Shown here one piece after another: positions 1 through 6,349 of a stretch of 13,888 bases of DNA. The translations under genes and the position numbers were made by a program. The first letter of the stretch is position 1; each line of letters begins with the position of its first letter. The DNA comes from Chlamydiota bacterium (GTDB lineage Bacteria > Chlamydiota > Chlamydiia > Chlamydiales > SM23-39). The notes beneath the pieces were generated by a model. The model saw only the letters and a list, made by a program, of their open reading frames with translations. It ran no database searches and was not told the origin of the DNA. The stretch spans positions 1 through 13,888 of the forward strand of contig JASFVE010000050.1 in assembly GCA_050049995.1 (NCBI GenBank). The letters are read 5' to 3'.

Positions 1-51
1 CCCAGTCGATTTACCTCTCAATAATTGAGTTTGTCATGTTACGACACATCT

Positions 52-72
52 AGCCTCTCTTATGGAGAGGCT
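52..72. terminator. Stem-loop AGCCTCTC-ttatg-GAGAGGCT, possible terminator ~40 nt downstream of the DUF1801 gene
   Basis: Perfect 8-bp inverted repeat (52-59 / 65-72) with a 5-nt loop. There is no clear U-tract on the minus strand, so function is uncertain. Confidence 0.4.
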
Positions 73-111
73 CAATCACTTTTATTCAGAAGTTTTTATT
101 TTTACTACTAT

Positions 112-573
112 TCAAACTTCATAAGCATCCCCTTCTTTCAACTTATTTTTAATGAGATGGTATGTTAATGCTATTTTAATACAATGACGCAGCTTTTTTA
201 TATTTTCTAAAGAGATTTTATCGTTGAGATTAAAACGTATAGCTCTATTGTCTTCATACTCAAATTCTGTAGGGTATAATTTTTTAAAAGTAGGGACTAA
301 AAGTGAAGTACATTTAAAGTAAATTGCATACTGCTTTCCAAGTTTTTCTTTCCAATTGATCCTAATTGTGCTTCCATTTGTTGTAACATAACTTGGTTCA
401 CCCCATTTAAGTGTTTCCTCAACTTCTCCAACCTCTTTAGTCTTCGAGGCAACATCAAAGATCAGCTGGCGTAAAAACATCAATTTATTTCTACATTCTT
501 TAGGATAAGAAGCAAAAACAGCAGCGACTTCTGGGTTTATGAACTTTACTTGTTTCATATTTATTTTCAGCAT
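112..573 (-). CDS. DUF1801 / YdhG-like domain protein (alternative start ATG at 558, MKQVKF)
   Basis: Motifs VAAVFASYP...LRQLIFDVA...EETLKWGEPSY...GSTIRINWK...YFKCTS...NRAI...IALTYH match my recollection of the DUF1801 family. Confidence 0.8.
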   Translation of the reverse strand: MLKINMKQVKFINPEVAAVFASYPKECRNKLMFLRQLIFDVASKTKEVGEVEETLKWGEPSYVTTNGSTIRINWKEKLGKQYAIYFKCTSLLVPTFKKLYPTEFEYEDNRAIRFNLNDKISLENIKKLRHCIKIALTYHLIKNKLKEGDAYEV

Positions 574-590
574 TTAATGCTTTATAAATA

Positions 591-623
591 CTTCGTTTTA
601 AAACGAAGCAGAGAAAAATGCAA
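591..623 (-). promoter_or_regulatory. Putative sigma70-type promoter of the DUF1801 gene, overlapped by a perfect 18-bp palindrome
   Basis: Minus strand TTGCAT (623-618), 17 bp, TAAAAC (600-595). Palindrome CTTCGTTTTAAAACGAAG at 591-608. Confidence 0.45.
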
Positions 624-750
624 TATTACCCCATGCCTAAACTTATCAAAACTCAAAGTAAATAGCGCCGGAGTAGACAAAGCAAAAAAGACCTTTTTGT
701 TTCAAAAAATGACCTAAAAACTTACTTTGTGTTAAGCGAGTTAATTTAAC

Positions 751-823
751 AAAAACATTTTTTTAATTATTTACGTTTGCGTAAATCATAAAGTGACGGA
801 CCCGACTGCAACCAATTCGAACT
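751..823. repeat. Copy 1 of a tRNA-3'-end-like direct repeat (att-like); identical 23-bp core at 801-823
   Basis: CCCGACTGCAACCAATTCGAACT is identical to 2417-2439. The upstream block AAAAACATTTTTTTAATTATTTA matches 2366-2388. TGACGGA (794-800) equals 2633-2639 at the tRNA-Ser 3' end. Confidence 0.9.
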
Positions 824-829
824 CTCTCA

Positions 830-1708
830 TTAATCAACATTCGAGTCAAAATTTTGTGAAGATAAATTAGTATTTACCTGTATCCACTTATTAATGCTGG
901 AAATAATCTCTTGTAATTCATTTGGTAGAGAATGACCTGACTTAAGACCGCGAAGATAAGCTTTCCAAAAAATTTGCATGTTTTTTAATTCTTTTCCAGA
1001 AAACATTATTGGGAGTAATAAATCAGTTTGCCTATGCTCAAATACTTTTCTAACAATCTTTGATATATTTTTTAACTGATCTCCCTTTTGTAAAATCATC
1101 GCATATAGATCATGAAAATCTTTCATTCGACTATTTTTCCCTTTTCGAGAAATAATTGTCTGAATTTTTTCTGCAAAAATAAATTCCAGTGGGTAACATT
1201 TTATTTCTATGTGACTTTCAAAAATTGCTCCTTTCTTTGAGAAAGCTAAAGGAAGCTTTAATTCAATAGGCTCAACAAGATCTCCATAACCTAAATCAAT
1301 ACATACTTTAAAACGAGTTTTGCCAAAATATCCAATCATGCTAATTCTTTTTCCGGCATACTTCATATGAGAATGTAGGAGTTCCTCAATACGTACATTT
1401 TCAAATGAAAATCCATCTTTCACTCTAATTTGAGCTATTTCTTCAAAGATCTCTTTTATCTTTTTTGCGTCTTGTAGATTCTTTCTCAAACTGAAATCTA
1501 AATCTTTTGTTTCTCTTTCTATTTTTAAAATTTTTGAAAGAAGAATCCCTCCTTTAAGAATAAATTGACTAGCATGTCTAGATTGAATTAATCTTACTAA
1601 AAATCTCTCAAGAACTAAATTTTGCCATAATATCGCTGGATCAATATTTTGTTCTCGAGCAAGATTTCTAATTCTAGCTTTGAAAGCTTTTTCTATATCT
1701 TCTGTCAT
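830..1708 (-). CDS. abiEii: AbiEii/AbiGii-family nucleotidyltransferase toxin (type IV TA)
   Basis: Motifs ERFLVRL, FILKGGILL, RETKDLDF, IDLGYGD, YPLEFIFAEK, NSRMKDFHDLY. Start overlaps the antitoxin stop (ATGA, 1705-1708). Confidence 0.9.
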   Translation of the reverse strand: MTEDIEKAFKARIRNLAREQNIDPAILWQNLVLERFLVRLIQSRHASQFILKGGILLSKILKIERETKDLDFSLRKNLQDAKKIKEIFEEIAQIRVKDGFSFENVRIEELLHSHMKYAGKRISMIGYFGKTRFKVCIDLGYGDLVEPIELKLPLAFSKKGAIFESHIEIKCYPLEFIFAEKIQTIISRKGKNSRMKDFHDLYAMILQKGDQLKNISKIVRKVFEHRQTDLLLPIMFSGKELKNMQIFWKAYLRGLKSGHSLPNELQEIISSINKWIQVNTNLSSQNFDSNVD

Positions 1709-2301
1709 GTCGTCAAAGTAATAATGTATGGTTGAATATTAACTCGCAAAATTTTTGCATATTTAGATAATTTTGTAAGAGATGGATGCTGTTTAGAATC
1801 AAACAAATAAGCTTTCAAGGCTTTAATCGCTATTTCGAGACTTAAATACCGGAACGCATCAATAATACATCTTTCTTTATCAAAAATTTTTACCTTATAC
1901 TCTCCCATCATAATTTCTCTTTTCCCCAGTTCAATATTTCGCATCCGAATAATTCGTACACCTTTTCTTTTTGGTGCACGCAATTGATGAGGAACAGCTA
2001 TCCAATTTTCTCTAGGAATTTCATCAGTTAAATCATAGTACGCTAAAGCTGAGATTAAACATATTACCCCTTGAGGAATCGTAGATGAGTTAATAGCAAG
2101 CTGTTCCCAGGCAATATCTACTTTCGGTTCATAAGATCTCGATCTATATACCCCTCTAGATATTCTCTCCAAAATTCCCTTTTTGCAAAGGTAAGCCAAA
2201 ATATGTCTAGGTACGCCAATTTCTTCTGCTTGCTTTGCTGAAAACTGAGGTTTTTTTAGAAGTTTTCTTAAAGGTTGATAGTACTTTGATTTCTTTTTCA
2301 T
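1705..2301 (-). CDS. abiEi: AbiEi-family antitoxin / transcriptional regulator (198 aa from ATG 2301; the track's TTG start at 2337 lies inside the promoter)
   Basis: N-terminal wHTH-like segment FSAKQAEEIGVPRHILAYLCKKGILERISRGVY. Also GVICLISALAYYDLTDEIP and IFDKERCIIDAFRY. Lies directly upstream of and coupled to abiEii. Confidence 0.9.
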   Translation of the reverse strand: MKKKSKYYQPLRKLLKKPQFSAKQAEEIGVPRHILAYLCKKGILERISRGVYRSRSYEPKVDIAWEQLAINSSTIPQGVICLISALAYYDLTDEIPRENWIAVPHQLRAPKRKGVRIIRMRNIELGKREIMMGEYKVKIFDKERCIIDAFRYLSLEIAIKALKAYLFDSKQHPSLTKLSKYAKILRVNIQPYIITLTT

Positions 2302-2308
2302 AATTAAA

Positions 2309-2337
2309 ATTATATAAAACGCACCCAATTTAGTCAA
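2309..2337 (-). promoter_or_regulatory. Near-consensus sigma70/sigma66 promoter of the abiE operon
   Basis: Minus strand TTGACT (2337-2332), 17 bp, TATAAT (2314-2309), then 7 nt to the ATG at 2301. Confidence 0.85.
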
Positions 2338-2350
2338 TTGGGTGCGTTTT
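2316..2350. promoter_or_regulatory. Perfect 15-bp inverted repeat, probable AbiEi autorepression operator
   Basis: AAAACGCACCCAATT-tagtc-AATTGGGTGCGTTTT straddles the -35 box and spacer. AbiEi proteins are known to repress their own promoter through inverted repeats. Confidence 0.8.
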
Positions 2351-2365
2351 GGTGATTTTTAAGAA

Positions 2366-2439
2366 AAAAACATTTTTTAAGTTATTTATATTAAATGTGA
2401 TATGAAATGATGACCCCCCGACTGCAACCAATTCGAACT
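2366..2439. repeat. Copy 2 of the tRNA-3'-end-like direct repeat; identical 23-bp core at 2417-2439
   Basis: Core is identical to 801-823 and is preceded by TGAC (2411-2414). The A5-CA-T6-AA.TTATTTA block lies at the same distance (+1 nt) as in copy 1. Confidence 0.9.
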
Positions 2440-2635
2440 TTTACAGAGATCTCTATCAAAGTTCCCCCCCCTTAAAGCCAATTTATTTTAAAGTTACAGT
2501 TCAAGGTGTAAAAAACTAAAAACTTTAAGAAGAAAAAAACAGAAAAATAGCAAGAATAGTTTAAACAAACTGCAAGATAATATAGGAAATTTTTTATATT
2601 TCAGAACAAATTCATTTTACTTAATTAGATAATGA

Positions 2636-2723
2636 CGGAGGAGGTGGGATTCGAACCCACGGTACGTTTGTGGCGCACACACGCTTTCCAAGCGTGCTCC
2701 TTCGGCCGCTCGGACACTCCTCC
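2636..2723 (-). tRNA. tRNA-Ser (anticodon GGA)
   Basis: Reverse complement GGAGGAGTGTCCGAGCGGCCGAAGGAGCACGCTTGGAAAGCGTGTGTGCGCCACAAACGTACCGTGGGTTCGAATCCCACCTCCTCCG. Acceptor stem GGAGGAG/CTCCTCC, anticodon arm CACGC-TTGGAAA-GCGTG, long variable arm, T arm GTGGG-TTCGAAT-CCCAC, discriminator G. Followed by TCA rather than CCA. Confidence 0.97.
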
Positions 2724-2737
2724 AAAGAAGGGTTACA

Positions 2738-2766
2738 AGATTATCGAAAAATAAGAAAATCAGCAA
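2738..2766 (-). promoter_or_regulatory. Putative promoter of tRNA-Ser
   Basis: Minus strand TTGCTG (2766-2761), 17 bp, TAATCT (2743-2738), 14 nt upstream of the mature 5' end. Confidence 0.5.
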
Positions 2767-2873
2767 CCTTTGAAAAATAAATTACCTCTCAATAGGAGAA
2801 ATCATTAAGATGATAGACCGTTAAATGGGGAATTCTGGTTGAAAAACCGACTTTCAGGCATTATTTATTTTGT

Positions 2874-3743
2874 ATGAAAAAATATAAAAAAACATTTTAC
2901 TTCTTTTTAGCGATTTTTTTGGGTTTTTCCAGCTGCACCCCCAAAAGTACATCCATTGAAAAGCCTTCTGTTTTAGTCTCGATTGAACCTTATGCATTTT
3001 TTGTAAAAAAAATTGCAGGCGACACTCTTCAAGTGAAAACATTAATCCCCCCTAGCGCTAATGCTCATTCCTATGAGCCTACACCTAAAGAAGTAAAAGA
3101 AGCGGGAAACGCTGATGTATGGTTTCAGATTGGAGAGCCAATTGAACATGCAATTACCCCCTCTTTGCAGCAAAAAAATAAACACCTCCTCATTTATGAT
3201 GTTAAAACTGACATTGAACTTATTGGTGGGTGCTGTTTAGGGCATCATCATAAAGAAAGTAAAGACATTCATGTATGGCTAAGCCCTATCCTTATGAAAA
3301 AGCAAGCGATAGCGATGGCAAAAATTCTTATGAATAGATTTCCTGAAAACGCTTCTCTATATAAAAGAAACTTACAAAGCCTGCTTTTAGAACTAGATGA
3401 TTTGAATGATGAAATAGAAAATTTATTAAATTCCATCGAGAACAAGAAAATTCTAGTCACACATCCAGCGTTTGGTTATTTTTGCAGAGACTATAACTGT
3501 GAACAAATAGCTATTGAGTTTGAAGGGAAAGATCCCTTACCTAGACAATTAGATGAAACAGTTAAAGTTGCAAAAAATTCTCGTGTAAAACTGATCATAT
3601 CCCAACCTCAATTTTCTCAAAAAAGCGCAGAAGTCGTCTCCAGACGATTGCAACTACCTATTTATGAGTTTAACCCTTATGCAAGTGATTATATAAGCAA
3701 TATGCTCTACCTTGCTAGTTTGGTGGTGCAAAGCAATGAGTAA
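2874..3743 (+). CDS. znuA: Zn/Mn ABC transporter substrate-binding lipoprotein (ZnuA/TroA family)
   Basis: Signal peptide with lipobox-like FSSC. Metal-ligand motifs NAHSYEP, DIHVWLSP and THPAFGYF. Short His/Cys loop CCLGHHH. Confidence 0.9.
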   Translation: MKKYKKTFYFFLAIFLGFSSCTPKSTSIEKPSVLVSIEPYAFFVKKIAGDTLQVKTLIPPSANAHSYEPTPKEVKEAGNADVWFQIGEPIEHAITPSLQQKNKHLLIYDVKTDIELIGGCCLGHHHKESKDIHVWLSPILMKKQAIAMAKILMNRFPENASLYKRNLQSLLLELDDLNDEIENLLNSIENKKILVTHPAFGYFCRDYNCEQIAIEFEGKDPLPRQLDETVKVAKNSRVKLIISQPQFSQKSAEVVSRRLQLPIYEFNPYASDYISNMLYLASLVVQSNE

Positions 3744-4455
3744 AGCAATTGAAATTACCTCTTTAGACTTTGCCTATGAAACAGCCAAAATTTTAGAAGA
3801 TGTCAACCTTACTATTGAGGAAGGTTCCTATGTAGGAATTATTGGACCAAATGGTGGTGGTAAGACAACACTCCTTAAACTTATTATGGGCTTTCTACGT
3901 TATCATAAAGGATCCATTAAGCTTTTTGGTAAGCCTTCTGAAAAATTCAAAAATAGAATTGGTTATGTACCGCAAGTTAATGCGTTTGATAGAGCTTTTC
4001 CAATTACTGTCGAGGAAGTTATTTTGCAAGGGTGCCTTGCAAAATACAGTTTTTTCCAAGGCTTTAGGCAGCAAGAAATAAGCAAAGCAAACGACGCTAT
4101 ACAGCTAATGAGGCTTGATGACTTTAGAAAGACTCCATTTGGCAAGCTTTCAGGCGGGCTTGCTCAAAGAACACTCATAGCAAGAGCTCTAGCATCTGAT
4201 CCTTTGTTTCTTTTTTTTGATGAACCAACAGCAAATGTCGACACAAAAACAAAAGACATTATCTTTCAAGCTTTACACGATTTTAAAGGTAAAAAGACTA
4301 TTTTACATGTTACCCATGATCTTAATTTAGTCATCAAAGAAGTTCAACTAGTGGTTGCTGTAGAAAAAAAAGTGACTACCTACCTTCCTAAAGATGTGTG
4401 TGAACATTTTGCACTTGGACTTTATCACCCACCGCTAATAAAGGAAAAAGAATGA
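3736..4455 (+). CDS. znuC: Zn/Mn ABC transporter ATP-binding protein (start at ATG 3736, MSKAIE)
   Basis: Walker A GPNGGGKT, Q-loop GYVPQ, signature LSGG, Walker B FFDEPT, H-loop VTHD. Overlaps the znuA stop. Confidence 0.9.
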   Translation: MSKAIEITSLDFAYETAKILEDVNLTIEEGSYVGIIGPNGGGKTTLLKLIMGFLRYHKGSIKLFGKPSEKFKNRIGYVPQVNAFDRAFPITVEEVILQGCLAKYSFFQGFRQQEISKANDAIQLMRLDDFRKTPFGKLSGGLAQRTLIARALASDPLFLFFDEPTANVDTKTKDIIFQALHDFKGKKTILHVTHDLNLVIKEVQLVVAVEKKVTTYLPKDVCEHFALGLYHPPLIKEKE

Positions 4456-5291
4456 ACCTGCTGGAAATTTTTAATAGCCCATTTTTTCAAACAGCACTAC
4501 TTGCTGGACTTTTAGCCTCTATAGCTAGTGGAATGATAGGATCGTTCGTTGTAGTAAAACGCCTAGTTTTTTTATCTGGTAGTATTGCCCACTCAGTCTT
4601 AAGTGGAATGGGTCTTTTTTTATGGCTGCAAAGAAAGCATGGCATCACTTGGCTCAACCCCCTTTATGGAGCTTTTTTAGCCGCTGTTATATCTGCCCTC
4701 TTGATTGGGTGGATCCACTTAAAGTACAGACAAAGAAAGGATGCTGTCATAGCAAGTATTTGGGCATCAGGCATGGCTATTGGAGTTATTTTCATTTCTC
4801 TTACTCCAGGTTATAATGTTGAGCTTTTTAACTTTCTTTTTGGAAACATTTTATGGACGACAGCACAAGATCTTTGGATGCTTTTTGCCCTTGACTTAGC
4901 CATTTTTGCAATTGTTGCTACACAGTTTCAAAAACTACTAGCTGTTTCGTTTGACGAAGAGCAAGCTCATTTGCAAGGGATCCCTGTAAATAAACTTTAT
5001 TTTTTACTTCTTTGTCTAGTTGCAGTATCAATAGTTCTACTAGTTCAAGTTATTGGAACAATTTTAGTTATAGCTCTACTAGCTCTACCTCCTTTAATTG
5101 CCAACCTTTTCACTAACACATTAAAAAGTTTAATTGTCTTATCTATTCTTTTTTGCGCTTTTTTTAATACTTTTGGGCTAGTTCTATCCTATGAGCTAAA
5201 CTGGCCAATTGGAGCTACCATTGCACTGACCGCTACCACCAGCTATTTTATAGCATTATTTTTTGACAAAAAGAAAAAGCTGAAATTTTAA
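4452..5291 (+). CDS. znuB: Zn/Mn ABC transporter permease (ZnuB/ABC-3 family)
   Basis: Multiple TM segments. Motifs GSFVVVKR..FLSGSIAH, FLFGNIL, SFDEEQA..QGI, VQVIGTILVIALL..P. ATGA overlap with znuC. Confidence 0.9.
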   Translation: MNLLEIFNSPFFQTALLAGLLASIASGMIGSFVVVKRLVFLSGSIAHSVLSGMGLFLWLQRKHGITWLNPLYGAFLAAVISALLIGWIHLKYRQRKDAVIASIWASGMAIGVIFISLTPGYNVELFNFLFGNILWTTAQDLWMLFALDLAIFAIVATQFQKLLAVSFDEEQAHLQGIPVNKLYFLLLCLVAVSIVLLVQVIGTILVIALLALPPLIANLFTNTLKSLIVLSILFCAFFNTFGLVLSYELNWPIGATIALTATTSYFIALFFDKKKKLKF

Positions 5292-5353
5292 TGTAGTTTT
5301 ACTAGAAAGTTTACTATATTTCTTCTTCAAACAATTTTTTATGGAGCAAAATA

Positions 5354-5626
5354 ATGACACAACCAGCTAATCCCCGCCATGAGAACACTTCCCCATTTCT
5401 AGATCCTTTTGAGGACTTCACTATCAGTCTTACTCTATGTAAAGGCAAGAATGATAGTAATTTAATGACACGACTTGAAAATTCAGTCGCTGTCTTATAT
5501 GCCAGTGGAAAAGGAGCTTCTCAAAAGAAAATATTAGCAACTACTGAAAGTGTTGACCCTAAACTTGTTCCAATAGTAGAAGGCATTATACTTAATATTA
5601 TTCTCAAGGATTCTGCCCTTTCATAG
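5354..5626 (+). CDS. Small hypothetical protein (90 aa)
   Basis: ATG preceded by GGAG. Fills the gap between znuB and rplU. No motif recognised. Confidence 0.55.
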   Translation: MTQPANPRHENTSPFLDPFEDFTISLTLCKGKNDSNLMTRLENSVAVLYASGKGASQKKILATTESVDPKLVPIVEGIILNIILKDSALS

Positions 5627-5677
5627 GAAGAGACTATAAAATAATTTTTTAAGCTAGTTAAAATAACCATTTTAAAG

Positions 5678-5715
5678 GATTCTTGTTGACGAGTACAAGA
5701 ATCATCTTATAAAAT
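5678..5715 (+). promoter_or_regulatory. Putative promoter of rplU-rpmA-obg with an overlapping 9-bp inverted repeat
   Basis: TTGACG (5686-5691), 18 bp, TAAAAT (5710-5715). IR GATTCTTGT-N8-ACAAGAATC at 5678-5703. SD AGGAGG at 5733-5738. Confidence 0.6.
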
Positions 5716-5743
5716 AACTGCTCTTTGTGGTCAGGAGGACTAA

Positions 5744-6058
5744 ATGTACGCGATTATAAAAACTGGCGGGAAACAGTATAAAGTGAAAAAAGGAGATGTT
5801 ATTAATGTCGAGCTATTAGACATCTCTCCCGATCAACCAGTAGAATTTAAAGAAATTATTTTCCTAAATGATGGGAAAGAGACAAAGATAGGCCTTCCGA
5901 ACGTGGAAAATTGCATTGTTCGAGGCGAATTTATTGGTGAAACAAAAGGACCTAAAGTAATTGCTTTTAAATATAAGCGAAGAAAAAATTACCATAAGAC
6001 AAAAGGTCATCGCCAAAACTACACTCGAGTAAAAATAACCGAAATTGCACTAGGCTAA
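5744..6058 (+). CDS. rplU: 50S ribosomal protein L21
   Basis: MYAIIKTGGKQYKV...KVIAFKYKRRKNYHKTKGHRQNYTRVKI; strong SD. Confidence 0.98.
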   Translation: MYAIIKTGGKQYKVKKGDVINVELLDISPDQPVEFKEIIFLNDGKETKIGLPNVENCIVRGEFIGETKGPKVIAFKYKRRKNYHKTKGHRQNYTRVKITEIALG

Positions 6059-6068
6059 GGAGTAAAGA

Positions 6069-6329
6069 ATGGCTCATAAGAAAGGTCAAGGATCGACTAG
6101 AAACGGAAGAGACTCTCACGCAAAACGATTAGGCGTCAAAGCATCTGACGGTACATTTGTTTCTGCGGGCAGCATTATTATCAGACAAAGAGGAACCAAA
6201 TGGCATCCTTCTAGTAATGTTGGCATGGGTCGTGACTACACCATTTTTGCTCTTACAGATGGAATCGTAAAATTTCATAAAACGAAAAAAACTTACGTTT
6301 CTATTCAGCCACAAGAGCAAGTTTCATAA
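6069..6329 (+). CDS. rpmA: 50S ribosomal protein L27
   Basis: [24 protein letters not shown]...[15 protein letters not shown]...[27 protein letters not shown]. Confidence 0.98.
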   Translation: MAHKKGQGSTRNGRDSHAKRLGVKASDGTFVSAGSIIIRQRGTKWHPSSNVGMGRDYTIFALTDGIVKFHKTKKTYVSIQPQEQVS

Positions 6330-6349
6330 AAAAAATATAGTTTTCAGCC

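Larger units (their letters stand above)
794..2639. mobile_element. Putative integrase-less genomic islet / cassette region at the 3' end of tRNA-Ser (may extend left of 794)
   Basis: Bounded by TGACGGA at 794-800 and 2633-2639 (tRNA 3' end). Contains an internal att-like repeat and typical mobile cargo (AbiE TA). No recombinase gene is present in the window. Confidence 0.6.

Noticed and set aside
1..80. IS200/IS605 end or HEARO-type RNA suggested by the hairpins at 17-29 and 52-72
   Set aside because: No recognisable consensus, and no tnpA/tnpB/iscB in the window. Cannot be supported without the left flank.
626..653. Possible degenerate third copy of the repeat (TTACCCCATGCCTAAACTTATCAAAACT)
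   Set aside because: Only about 18 of 29 positions match with a gap, and the TTCGAA block is missing. Not distinguishable from chance.
769..786. Hairpin ATTTACG-tttg-CGTAAAT as the abiE terminator
   Set aside because: AT-rich 7-bp stem with no U-tract on the minus strand, and not present in repeat copy 2.
2302..2337. N-terminal extension of AbiEi (MTKLGAFYIILI) from the ORF track
   Set aside because: It coincides with the -35/-10 promoter and operator. ATG 2301 is the more plausible start.
801..2439. The 23-bp repeats as a CRISPR array or integron attC sites
   Set aside because: Only two copies, 1.6 kb apart, and no cas genes. There is no RYYYAAC...GTTRRRY pair or attC-like long hairpin.
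11..2794. 13-bp direct match TTACCTCTCAATA at 11-23 and 2782-2794
   Set aside because: A few 13-mers are expected to recur by chance in 14 kb of AT-rich DNA. The flanks do not extend, and the pair would enclose the whole tRNA.
3712..3735. Track start of znuC at 3712
   Set aside because: ATG 3736, overlapping the znuA stop, gives a normal ABC ATPase N-terminus.
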